A DNA stretch of 64,000 nt from Eledone cirrhosa (lineage: Eukaryota): NCBI GenBank assembly GCA_964016885.1, contig OZ024740.1, positions 415,710,001 to 415,774,000 of the forward strand, read 5' to 3'. Of the stretch, positions 1 through 13,910 are shown piece by piece. The notes under the pieces are model-generated. The model was not told the origin of the DNA, ran no database searches, and saw only the letters and a program-made list of their open reading frames with translations. Every line of letters starts with the position of its first letter. Position 1 is the first letter of the stretch. The position numbers and the translations under genes are program-made.

Positions 1-299
1 GATATAGAGTGTAAGAGAGAACACTGTGGGTATGGACATATGTTGTGTATGGGGGATGACAGTGAATCAGATATAGTGTGTAAGAGAGAACACTGTGGGT
101 ATGGACATATGTTGTGTATGGGGGAAGACAGTGAATCAGATATAGTGTGTAAGAGAGAACACTGTGGGTATGGACATATGTTGTGTATGGTGGAAGACAG
201 TGAATCAGATATATAGTGTAAGAGAGAACACTGTGGGTATGGACATATGTTGTGTATGGGGGATGACAGTGAATCAGATATAGAGTGTAAGAGAGAACA

Positions 300-3200
300 C
301 TGTGGGTATGGACATATGTTGTGTATGGGGGATGACAGTGAATCAGATATAGTGTGTAAGAGAGAACACTGAGTGTATGGACATATGTTGTGTATGGGGG
401 ATGACAGTGAATCAGATATAGTGTGTAAGAGAGAACACTGAGGGTATGGACATATGTTGTGTATGGGGGATGAGAGTGAATCAGATATAGAGTGTAAGAG
501 AGAACACTGTGGGTATGGACATATGTTGTGTATGGGGGATGACAGTGAATCAGATATAGTGTGTAAGAGAGAACACTGTGGGTATGGACATATGTTGTGC
601 ATGGTGGATGACAGTGAATCAGATATAGTGTGTAAGAGAGAACACTGTGGGTATGGACATATGTTGTGTATGTGGGAAGACAGTGAATCAGATATAGAGT
701 GTAAGAGAGAACACTGTGGGTATGGAGATATGTTGTGTATGGGGGAAGAGAGTGAATCAGATATAGAGTGTAAGAGAGAACACTGTGGGTATGGACATAT
801 GTTGTGAATGGGGGATGACAGTGAATCAGATATAGTGTGTAAGAGAGAACACTGTGGGTATGGACATATGTTGTGTATGGGGGATGACAGTGAATCAGAT
901 ATAGTGTGTAAGAGAGAACACTGTGGGTATGGACATATGTTGTGTATGGGGGATGACAGTGAATCAAATATAGTGTGTAAGAGAGAACACTGTGGGTATG
1001 GACATATGTTGTGTATGGGGGATGACAGTGAATCAGATATAGTGTGTAAGAGAGAACACTGTGGGTATGGACATATGTTGTGTATGGGGGATGACAGTGA
1101 ATCAAATATAGTGTGTAAGAGAGAACACTGTGGGTATGGACATATGTTGTGTATGGGGGATGACAGTGAATCAGATATAGTGTGTAAGAGAGAACACTGT
1201 GGGTATGGACATATGTTGTGTATGGTGGTTGACAGTGAATCAGATATAGTGTGTAAGAGAGAACACTGTGGGTATAGACATATGTTGTGTATGGTGGATG
1301 ACAGTGACTCAGATATAGTGTGTAAGAGAGAACACTGTGGGTATGGACATATGTTGTGTATGGGGGAAGACAGTGAATCAGATATAGAGTGTAAGAGAGA
1401 ACACTGTGGGTATGGACATATGTTGTGTATGGGGGATGACAGTGAATCAGATACAGTGTGAAAGAGAGAACACTGTGGGTATGGACATATGTTGTGTATG
1501 GGCGATGACAGTGAATCAGATATAGTGTGTAAGAGAGAACACTGTGGGTATGGACATATGTTGTGTATGGGGGATGAGAGTGAATCAGATATAGTGTGTA
1601 AGAGAGAACACTGTGCTTATGGACATATGTTGTGTATGGGGGATGACAGTGAATCAGATATAGTGTGTAAGAGAGAACACTGTGGGTATGGACATATGTT
1701 GTGTATGGGGGAAGACAGTGAATCAGATATAGTGTGTAAGAGAGAACACTGTGGGTATGGACATATGTTGTGTATGGTGGAAGACAGTGAATCAGATATA
1801 TAGTGTAAGAGAGAACACTGTGGGTATGGACATATGTTGTGTATGGGGGATGACAGTGAATCAGATATAGAGTGTAAGAGAGAACACTGTGGGTATGGAC
1901 ATATGTTGTGTATGGGGGATGACAGTGAATCAGATATAGTGTGTAAGAGAGAACACTGAGGGTATGGACATATGTTGTGTATGGGGGATGACAGTGAATC
2001 AGATATAGTGTGTAACAGAGAACACTGAGGGTATGGACATATGTTGTGTATGGGGGATGACAGTGAATCAGATATAGTGTGTAAGAGAGAACACTGTGGG
2101 TATGGACATATGTTGTGCATGGTGGATGACAGTGAATCAGATATAGTGTGTAAGAGAGAGCACTGTGGGTATGGACATACGTTGTGTATGTGGGAAGACA
2201 GTGAATCAGATATAGTGTGTAAGAGAGAACACTGTGGGTATGGACATATGTTGTGTATGGGGGAAGAGAGTGAATCAGATATAGAGTGTAAGACAGAACA
2301 CTGTGGGTATGGACATATGTTGTGTATGGGGGATGACGGTGAATCAGATATAGTGTGTAAGAGAGAACACTGTGGGTATGGACATATGTTGTGTATGGGG
2401 GATGACAGTGAATCAGATATAGTGTGTAAGAGAGAACACTGTGGGTATGGACATATGTTGTGTATGGTGGTTGACAGTGAATCAGATATAGTGTGTAAGA
2501 GAGAACACTGTGGGTATGGACATATGTTGTGTATGGGGGATGACAGTGAATCAAATATAGTGTGTAAGAGAGAACACTGTGGGTATGGACATATGTTGTG
2601 TATGGGGGATGACAGTGAATCAGATATAGTGTGTAAGAGAGAAAACTGTGGGTATGGACATATGTTGTGTATGGGGGATGACAGTGAATCAAATATAGTG
2701 TGTAAGAGAAAACACTGTGGGTATGGACATATGTTGTGTATGGGGGATGACAGTGAATCAGATATAGTGTGTAAGAGAGAACACTGTGGGTATGGACATA
2801 TGTTGTGTATGGGGATGACAGTGAATCAAATATAGTGTGTAAGAGAGAACACTGTGGGTATGGACATATGTTGTGTATGGGGGATGACAGTGAATCAGAT
2901 ATAGTGTGTAAGAGAGAACACTGTGGGTATGGACATATGTTGTGTATGGTGGTTGACAGTGAATCAGATATAGTGTGTAAGAGAGAACACTGTGGGTATG
3001 GACATATGTTGTGTATGGTGGATGACGGTGAATCAGATATAGTGTGTAAGAGAGAACACTGTGGGTATGAACATATGTTGTGTATGGGGGATGACAGTGA
3101 ATCAGATATAGTGTGTAAGAGAGAACATTGTGGTTATGGGCATATGTTGTGCATGATGGATGACAGTGAATCAGATATAGTGTATAAGAGAGAACACTGT

Positions 3201-6200
3201 GGGTATGGACATATGTTGTGTATGGGGGATGACAGTGAATCAGATATAGTGTGTAAGAGAGAACACTGTGGGTATGGACATATGTTGTGTATGGGGGAAG
3301 ACAGTGAATCAGATATAGAGTGTAAGAGAGAACACTGTGGGTATGGACATATGTTGTGTATGGGGGAAGACAGTGAGTCAGATATAGTGTGTAAGAGAGA
3401 ACACTGTGGGTATGGACATATGTTGTGTATGGGGGAAGACAGTGAATCAGATATAGAGTGTAAGAGAGAACACTGTGGGTATGGAGATATTTTGTGTATG
3501 GGGTATGACAGTGAATCAGATATAGAGTGTAAGAGAGAACACTGTGGGTATGGACATATGTTGTGTATGGGGGATGACAGTGAATCAGATATAGTGTGTA
3601 AGAGAGAACACTGTGGGTATGGACATATGTTGTGTATGGGGGATGACAGTGAATCAGATATAGTGTGTAAGAGAGAACACTGAGGGTATGGACATATGTT
3701 GTGTATGGGGGATGACAGTGAATCAGATATAGTGTGTAAGAGAGAACACTGAGGGTATGGACATATGTTGTGTATGGGGGATGACAGTGAATCAGATATA
3801 GAGTGTAAGAGAGAACACTGTGGGTATGGACATATGTTGTGTATGGGGGATGACAGTGAATCAGATATAGTGTGTAAGAGAGAACACTGTGGGTATGGAC
3901 ATATGTTGTGCATGGTGGATGACAGTGAATCAGATATAGTGTGTAAGAGAGAACACTGTGGGTATGGACATATGTTCTGTATGGGGGAAGACAGTGAATC
4001 AGATATAGAGTGTAAGAGAGAACACTGTGGGTATGGACATATGTTGTGTATGGGGGAAGACAGTGAATCAGATATAGAGTGTAAGAGAGAACACTGTGGG
4101 TATGGACATATGTTGTGTATGGGGCATGACAGTGAATCAGATATAGTGTGTACGAGAGAACACTGTGGGTATGGACATATGTTGTGTATGGGGGAAGACA
4201 GTGAATCAGATATAGAGTGTAAGAGAGAACACTGTGGGTATGGACATATGTTGTGTATGGGCGATGACAGTGAATCAGATATAGTGTGTAAGAGAGAACA
4301 CTGTGGGTATGGACATATGTTGTGTATGAGGGATGACAGTGAATCAGATATAGTGTGTACGAGAGAACACTGTGGGTATGGACATATGTTGTGTATGGGG
4401 GAAGACAGTGAATCAGATATAGAGTGTAAGAGAGAACACTGTGGGTATGGACATATGTTGTGTATGGGCGATGACAGTGAATCAGATATAGTGTGTAAGA
4501 GAGAACACTGTGGGTATGGACATATGTTGTGTATGGGGGATGACAGTGAATCAGATATAGTGTGTAAGAGAGAACACTGTGCGTATGGACATATGTTGTG
4601 CATGATGGATGACAGTGAATCAGATATAGTGTGTAAGAGAGAACACTGTGGGTATGGACATATGTTGTGTATGGGGGAAGACAGTGAATCAGATATAGAG
4701 TGTAAGAGAGAACACTGTGGGTATGGACATATGTTGTGTATGGGGGATGACAGTGAATCAGATATAGTGTGTAAGAGAGAACACTGTGGGTATGGACATA
4801 TGTTGTGTATGGGGGAAGACAGTGAATCAGATATAGTGTGTAAGAGAGAACACTGTGGGTATGGACATATGTTTTGTATGGTGGAAGACAGTGAATCAGA
4901 TATATAGTGTAAGAGAGAACACTGTGGGTATGGACATATGTTGTGTATGGGGGATGACAGTGAATCAGATATAGAGTGTAAGAGAGAACACTGTGGGTAT
5001 GGACATATGTTGTGTATGGGGGATGACAGTGAATCAGATATAGTGTGTAAGAGAGAACACTGAGTGTATGGACATATGTTTTGTATGGGGGATGACAGTG
5101 AATCAGATATAGTGTGTAAGAGAGAACACTGAGGGTATGGACATATGTTGTGTATGGGGGATGAGAGTGAATCAGATATAGAGTGTAAGAGAGAACACTG
5201 TGGGTATGGACATATGTTGTGTATGGGGGATGACAGTGAATCAGATATAGTGTGTAAGAGAGAACACTGTGGGTATGGACATATGTTGTGCATGGTGGAT
5301 GACAGTGAATCAGATATAGTGTGTAAGAGAGAACACTGTGGGTATGGACATATGTTGTGTATGTGGGAAGACAGTGAATCAGATATAGAGTGTAAGAGAG
5401 AACACTGTGGGTATGGACATATGTTGTGTATGGGGGAAGAGAGTGAATCAGATATAGAGTGTAAGAGAGAACACTGTGGGTATGGACATATGTTGTGTAT
5501 GGGGGATGACAGTGAATCAGATATAGTGTGTAAGAGAGAACACTGTGGGTATGGACATATGTTGTGTATGGGGGATGACAGTGAATCAGATATAGTGTGT
5601 AAGAGAGAACACTGTGGGTATGGACATATGTTGTGTATGGGGGATGACAGTGAATCAAATATAGTGTGTAAGAGAGAACACTGTGGGTATGGACATATGT
5701 TGTGTATGGGGGATGACAGTGAATCAGATATAGTGTGTAAGAGAGAACACTGTGGGTATAGACATATGTTGTGTATGGTGGATGACAGTGACTCAGATAT
5801 AGTGTGTAAGAGAGAACACTGTGGGTATGGACATATGTTGTGTATGGGGGAAGACAGTGAATCAGATATAGAGTGTAAGAGAGAACACTGTGGGTATGGA
5901 CATATGTTGTGTATGGGGGATGACAGTGAATCAGATACAGTGTGAAAGAGAGAACACTGTGCGTATGGACATATGTTGTGTATGGGGGAAGACAGTGAAT
6001 CAGATATAGAGTGTAAGAGAGAACACTGTGGGTATGGACATATGTTGTGTATGGGCGATGACAGTGAATCAGATATAGTGTGTAAGAGAGAACACTGTGG
6101 GTATGGACATATGTTGTGTATGGGGGAAGACAGTGAATCAGATATAGAGTGTAAGAGAGAACACTGTGGGTATGGACATATGTTGTGTATGGGCGATGAC

Positions 6201-9200
6201 AGTGAATCAAATATAGTGTGTAAGAGAGAACACTGTGGGTATGGACATATGTTGTGTATGGGCGATGACAGTGAATCAGATATAGTGTGTAAGAGAGAAC
6301 ACTGTGGGTATGGACATATGTTGTGTATGGGGGATGACAGTGAATCAGATATAGTGTGTAAGAGAGAACACTGTGCGTATGGACATATGTTGTGTATGGG
6401 GGAAGACAGTGAATCAGATATAGAGTGTAAGATAGAACACCGTGGGTATGGACATATGTTATGTATGGGGGAAGACAGTGAATCAGATATAGTGTGTAAG
6501 AGAGAACACTGTGGGTATGGACATATGTTGTGTATGGTGGAAGACAGTGAATAAGATATATAGTGTAAGAGAGAACACTGTGGGTATGGACATATGTTGT
6601 GTATGGGGGATGACAGTGAATCAGATATAGAGTGTAAGAGAGAACACTGTGGGTATGGACATATGTTGTGTATGGGGGATGACAGTGAATCAGATATAGT
6701 GTGTAAGAGAGAACACTGAGGGTATGGACATATGTTGTGTATGCGGGATGACAGTGAATCAGATATAGTGTTTAACAGAGAACACTGAGGGTATGGACAT
6801 ATGTTGTGTATGGGGGATGACAGTGAATCAGATATAGTCTGTAAGAGAGAACACTGTGGGTATGGACATATGTTGTGCATGGTGGAAGACAGTGAATCAG
6901 ATATAGTGTGTAAGATAGAACACCGTGGGTATGGACATATGTTATGTATGGGGGAAGACAGTGAATCAGATATAGTGTGTAAGAGAGAACACTGTGGGTA
7001 TGGACATATGTTGTGTATGGTGGAAGACAGTGAATCAGATATAGAGTGTAAGAGAGAACACTGTGGGTATGGACATATGTTGTGTATGGGCGATGACAGT
7101 GAATCAAATATAGTGTGTAAGAGAGAACACTGTGGGTATGGACATATGTTGTGTATGGGCGATGACAGTGAATCAGATATAGTGTGTAAGAGAGAACACT
7201 GTGGGTATGGACATACGTTGTGTATGTGGGAAGACAGTGAATCAGATATAGAGTGTAACAGAGAAAACTGTGGGTATGGACATATGTTGTGTATGGGGGA
7301 AGAGAGTGAATCAGATATAGAGTGTAAGACAGAACACTGTGGGTATGGACATATGTTGTGTATGGGGGATGACGGTGAATCAGATATAGTGTGTAAGAGA
7401 GAACACTGTGGGTATGGACATATGTTGTGTATGGGGGATGACAGTGAATCAGATATAGTGTGTAAGAGAGAACACTGTGGGTATGGACATATGTTGTGTA
7501 TGGTGGTTGACAGTGAATCAGATATAGTGTGTAAGAGAGAACACTGTGGGTATGGACATATGTTGTGTATGGGGGATGACAGTGAATCAAATATAGTGTG
7601 TAAGAGAGAACACTGTGGGTATGGACATATGTTGTGTATGGGGGATGACAGTGAATCAGATATAGTGTGTAAGAGAGAAAACTGTGGGTATGGACATATG
7701 TTGTGTATGGGGGATGACAGTGAATCAAATATAGTGTGTAAGAGAAAACACTGTGGGTATGGACATATGTTGTGTATGGGGGATGACAGTGAATCAGATA
7801 TAGTGTGTAAGAGAGAACACTGTGGGTATGGACATATGTTGTGTATGGGGATGACAGTGAATCAAATATAGTGTGTAAGAGAGAACACTGTGGGTATGGA
7901 CATATGTTGTGTATGGGGGATGACAGTGAATCAGATATAGTGTGTAAGAGAGAACACTGTGGGTATGGACATATGTTGTGTATGGTGGTTGACAGTGAAT
8001 CAGATATAGTGTGTAAGAGAGAACACTGTGGGTATGGACATATGTTGTGTATGGGGGATGACAGTGAATCAGATATAGAGTGTAAGAGAGAACACTGTGG
8101 GTATGGACATATGTTGTGTATGGGGGATGACAGTGAATCAGATATAGTGTGTAAGAGAGAACACTGAGTGTATGGACATATGTTGTGTATGGGGGATGAC
8201 AGTGAATCAGATATAGTGTGTAAGAGAGAACACTGAGGGTATGGACATATGTTGTGTATGGGGGATGAGAGTGAATCAGATATAGAGTGTAAGAGAGAAC
8301 ACTGTGGGTATGGACATATGTTGTGTATGGGGGATGACAGTGAATCAGATATAGTGTGTAAGAGAGAACACTGTGGGTATGGACATATGTTGTGCATGGT
8401 GGATGACAGTGAATCAGATATAGTGTGTAAGAGAGAACACTGTGGGTATGGACATATGTTGTGTATGTGGGAAGACAGTGAATCAGATATAGAGTGTAAG
8501 AGAGAACACTGTGGGTATGGACATATGTTGTGTATGGGGGAAGAGAGTGAATCAGATATAGAGTGTAAGAGAGAACACTGTGGGTATGGACATATGTTGT
8601 GAATGGGGGATGACAGTGAATCAGATATAGTGTGTAAGAGAGAACACTGTGGGTATGGACATATGTTGTGTATGGGGGATGACAGTGAATCAGATATAGT
8701 GTGTAAGAGAGAACACTGTGGGTATGGACATATGTTGTGTATGGGGGATGACAGTGAATCAAATATAGTGTGTAAGAGAGAACACTGTGGGTATGGACAT
8801 ATGTTGTGTATGGGGGATGACAGTGAATCAGATATAGTGTGTAAGAGAGAACACTGTGGGTATGGACATATGTTGTGTATGGGGGATGACAGTGAATCAA
8901 ATATAGTGTGTAAGAGAGAACACTGTGGGTATGGACATATGTTGTGTATGGGGGATGACAGTGAATCAGATATAGTGTGTAAGAGAGAACACTGTGGGTA
9001 TGGACATATGTTGTGTATGGTGGTTGACAGTGAATCAGATATAGTGTGTAAGAGAGAACACTGTGGGTATAGACATATGTTGTGTATGGTGGATGACAGT
9101 GACTCAGATATAGTGTGTAAGAGAGAACACTGTGGGTATGGACATATGTTGTGTATGGGGGAAGACAGTGAATCAGATATAGAGTGTAAGAGAGAACACT

Positions 9201-12200
9201 GTGGGTATGGACATATGTTGTGTATGGGGGATGACAGTGAATCAGATACAGTGTGAAAGAGAGAACACTGTGCGTATGGACATATGTTGTGTATGGGGGA
9301 AGACAGTGAATCAGATATAGAGTGTAAGAGAGAACACTGTGGGTATGGACATATGTTGTGTATGGGCGATGACAGTGAATCAGATATAGTGTGTAAGAGA
9401 GAACACTGTGGGTATGGACATATGTTGTGTATGGGGGAAGACAGTGAATCAGATATAGAGTGTAAGAGAGAACACTGTGGGTATGGACATATGTTGTGTA
9501 TGGGCGATGACAGTGAATCAAATATAGTGTGTAAGAGAGAACACTGTGGGTATGGACATATGTTGTGTATGGGCGATGACAGTGAATCAGATATAGTGTG
9601 TAAGAGAGAACACTGTGGGTATGGACATATGTTGTGTATGGGGGATGAGAGTGAATCAGATATAGTGTGTAAGAGAGAACACTGTGCTTATGGACATATG
9701 TTGTGTATGGGGGAAGACAGTGAATCAGATATAGAGTGTAAGATAGAACACCGTGGGTATGGACATATGTTGTGTATGGGGGAAGACAGTGAATCAGATA
9801 TAGTGTGTAAGAGAGAACACTGTGGGTATGGACATATGTTGTGTATGGTGGAAGACAGTGAATCAGATATATAGTGTAAGAGAGAACACTGTGGGTATGA
9901 ACATATGTTGTGTATGGGGGATGACAGTGAATCAGATATAGAGTGTAAGAGAGAACACTGTGGGTATGGACATATGTTGTGTATGGGGGATGACAGTGAA
10001 TCAGATATAGTGTGTAAGAGAGAACACTGAGGGTATGGACATATGTTGTGTATGGGGGATGACAGTGAATCAGATATAGTGTGTAACAGAGAACACTGAG
10101 GGTATGGACATATGTTGTGTATGGGGGATGACAGTGAATCAGATATAGTGTGTAAGAGAGAACACTGTGGGTATGGACATATGTTGTGCATGGTGGATGA
10201 CAGTGAATCAGATATAGTGTGTAAGAGAGAGCACTGTGGGTATGGACATACGTTGTGTATGTGGGAAGACAGTGAATCAGATATAGTGTGTAAGAGAGAA
10301 CACTGTGGGTATGGACATATGTTGTGTATGGGGGAAGAGAGTGAATCAGATATAGAGTGTAAGACAGAACACTGTGGGTATGGACATATGTTGTGTATGG
10401 GGGATGACGGTGAAGCAGATATAGTGTGTAAGAGAGAACACTGTGGGTATGGACATATGTTGTGTATGGGGGATGACAGTGAATCAGATATAGTGTGTAA
10501 GAGAGAACACTGTGGGTATGGACATATGTTGTGTATGGTGGTTGACAGTGAATCAGATATAGTGTGTAAGAGAGAACACTGTGGGTATGGACATATGTTG
10601 TGTATGGGGGATGACAGTGAATCAAATATAGTGTGTAAGAGAGAACACTGTGGGTATGGACATATGTTGTGTATGGGGGATGACAGTGAATCAGATATAG
10701 TGTGTAAGAGAGAAAACTGTGGGTATGGACATATGTTGTGTATGGGGGATGACAGTGAATCAAATATAGTGTGTAAGAGAAAACACTGTGGGTATGGACA
10801 TATGTTGTGTATGGGGGATGACAGTGAATCAGATATAGTGTGTAAGAGAGAACACTGTGGGTATGGACATATGTTGTGTATGGGGATGACAGTGAATCAA
10901 ATATAGTGTGTAAGAGAGAACACTGTGGGTATGGACATATGTTGTGTATGGGGGATGACAGTGAATCAGATATAGTGTGTAAGAGAGAACACTGTGGGTA
11001 TGGACATATGTTGTGTATGGTGGTTGACAGTGAATCAGATATAGTGTGTAAGAGAGAACACTGTGGGTATGGACATATGTTGTGTATGGTGGATGACGGT
11101 GAATCAGATATAGTGTGTAAGAGAGAACACTGTGGGTATGAACATATGTTGTGTATGGGGGATGACAGTGAATCAGATATAGTGTGTAAGAGAGAACATT
11201 GTGGTTATGGGCATATGTTGTGCATGATGGATGACAGTGAATCAGATATAGTGTATAAGAGAGAACACTGTGGGTATGGACATATGTTGTGTATGGGGGA
11301 TGACAGTGAATCAGATATAGTGTGTAAGAGAGAACACTGTGGGTATGGACATATGTTGTGTATGGGGGAAGACAGTGAATCAGATATAGAGTGTAAGAGA
11401 GAACACTGTGGGTATGGACATATGTTGTGTATGGGGGAAGACAGTGAGTCAGATATAGTGTGTAAGAGAGAACACTGTGGGTATGGACATATGTTGTGTA
11501 TGGGGGAAGACAGTGAATCAGATATAGAGTGTAAGAGAGAACACTGTGGGTATGGAGATATTTTGTGTATGGGGTATGACAGTGAATCAGATATAGAGTG
11601 TAAGAGAGAACACTGTGGGTATGGACATATGTTGTGTATGGGGGATGACAGTGAATCAGATATAGTGTGTAAGAGAGAACACTGTGGGTATGGACATATG
11701 TTGTGTATGGGGGATGACAGTGAATCAGATATAGTGTGTAAGAGAGAACACTGAGGGTATGGACATATGTTGTGTATGGGGGATGACAGTGAATCAGATA
11801 TAGTGTGTAAGAGAGAACACTGAGGGTATGGACATATGTTGTGTATGGGGGATGACAGTGAATCAGATATAGAGTGTAAGAGAGAACACTGTGGGTATGG
11901 ACATATGTTGTGTATGGGGGATGACAGTGAATCAGATATAGTGTGTAAGAGAGAACACTGTGGGTATGGACATATGTTGTGCATGGTGGATGACAGTGAA
12001 TCAGATATAGTGTGTAAGAGAGAACACTGTGGGTATGGACATATGTTCTGTATGGGGGAAGACAGTGAATCAGATATAGAGTGTAAGAGAGAACACTGTG
12101 GGTATGGACATATGTTGTGTATGGGGGAAGACAGTGAATCAGATATAGAGTGTAAGAGAGAACACTGTGGGTATGGACATATGTTGTGTATGGGGCATGA

Positions 12201-12990
12201 CAGTGAATCAGATATAGTGTGTACGAGAGAACACTGTGGGTATGGACATATGTTGTGTATGGGGGAAGACAGTGAATCAGATATAGAGTGTAAGAGAGAA
12301 CACTGTGGGTATGGACATATGTTGTGTATGGGCGATGACAGTGAATCAGATATAGTGTGTAAGAGAGAACACTGTGGGTATGGACATATGTTGTGTATGA
12401 GGGATGACAGTGAATCAGATATAGTGTGTACGAGAGAACACTGTGGGTATGGACATATGTTGTGTATGGGGGAAGACAGTGAATCAGATATAGAGTGTAA
12501 GAGAGAACACTGTGGGTATGGACATATGTTGTGTATGGGCGATGACAGTGAATCAGATATAGTGTGTAAGAGAGAACACTGTGGGTATGGACATATGTTG
12601 TGTATGGGGGATGACAGTGAATCAGATATAGTGTGTAAGAGAGAACACTGTGCGTATGGACATATGTTGTGCATGATGGATGACAGTGAATCAGATATAG
12701 TGTGTAAGAGAGAACACTGTGGGTATGGACATATGTTGTGTATGGGGGAAGACAGTGAATCAGATATAGAGTGTAAGAGAGAACACTGTGGGTATGGACA
12801 TATGTTGTGTATGGGGGATGACAGTGAATCAGATATAGTGTGTAAGAGAGAACACTGTGGGTATGGACATATGTTGTGTATGGGGGAAGACAGTGAATCA
12901 GATATAGTGTGTAAGAGAGAACACTGTGGGTATGGACATATGTTTTGTATGGTGGAAGACAGTGAATCAGATATATAGTGTAAGAGAGAA
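300..12990. repeat. About 8-kb-offset duplication in the left domain (about 300-4920 matches about 8095-12990)
   Basis: Rare variant TTGTGAATGG occurs at ~802 and ~8597 (offset 7795 = 113 monomers - 2 bp). TGTGCTTAT occurs at ~1612 and ~9683, and ORFs 2805/10876 and 3765/11836 are identical (offset 8071 = 117 monomers - 2 bp). The second copy has 4 extra monomers. Confidence 0.85.
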
Positions 12991-13419
12991 CACTGTGCGT
13001 ATGGACATATGTTGTGTATGGGGGAAGACAGTGAATCAGATATAGAGTGTAAGATAGAACACCGTGGGTATGGACATATGTTGTGTATGGGGGAAGACAG
13101 TGAATCAGATATAGTGTGTAAGAGAGAACACTGTGGGTATGGACATATGTTGTGTATGGTGGAAGACAGTGAATCAGATATATAGTGTAAGAGAGAACAC
13201 TGTGGGTATGGACATATGTTGTGTATGGGGGATGACAGTGAATCAGATATAGAGTGTAAGAGAGAACACTGTGGGTATGGACATATGTTGTGTATGGGGG
13301 ATGACAGTGAATCAGATATAGTGTGTAAGAGAGAACACTGAGGGTATGGACATATGTTGTGTATGGGGGATGACAGTGAATCAGATATAGTGTGTAACAG
13401 AGAACACTGAGGGTATGGA

Positions 13420-13910
13420 CATATGTTGTGTATGGGGGATGACAGTGAATCAGATATAGTGTGTAAGAGAGAACACTGTGGGTATGGACATATGTTGTGC
13501 ATGGTGGATGACAGTGAATCAGATATAGTGTGTAAGAGAGAGCACTGTGGGTATGGACATACGTTGTGTATGTGGGAAGACAGTGAATCAGATATAGAGT
13601 GTAACAGAGAAAACTGTGGGTATGGACATATGTTGTGTATGGGGGAAGAGAGTGAATCAGATATAGAGTGTAAGACAGAACACTGTGGGTATGGACATAT
13701 GTTGTGTATGGGGGATGACAGTGAATCAGATATAGTGTGTAAGAGAGAACACTGTGGGTATGGACATATGTTGTGCATGGTGGATGACAGTGAATCAGAT
13801 ATAGTGTGTAAGAGAGAGCACTGTGGGTATGGACATACGTTGTGTATGTGGGAAGACAGTGAATCAGATATAGAGTGTAACAGAGAAAACTGTGGGTATG
13901 GACATATGTT
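13420..13910. repeat. Local 4-monomer (276 bp) duplication
   Basis: The variant string GAGCAC..CATACG..ATGTGGGAAG..TAACAGAGAAAAC occurs at ~13540 and ~13816. Confidence 0.8.

Noticed and set aside
17-32. Steroid-receptor element (AGAACA)
   Set aside because: Only a half-site is present; the partner position reads TGGGTA rather than TGTTCT.
28-55. G-quadruplex motif
   Set aside because: There are only two runs of 3 or more G per monomer, separated by 20 and 41 nt, which does not meet canonical G4 spacing.
22-64. Inverted repeat CACTGT...ACAGTG as a hairpin, terminator or transposon TIR
   Set aside because: It is only 6 bp with 26-31 nt loops, has no U-tract or target-site duplication, and is explained by the near-palindromic CACNGTG present in both ancestral halves.
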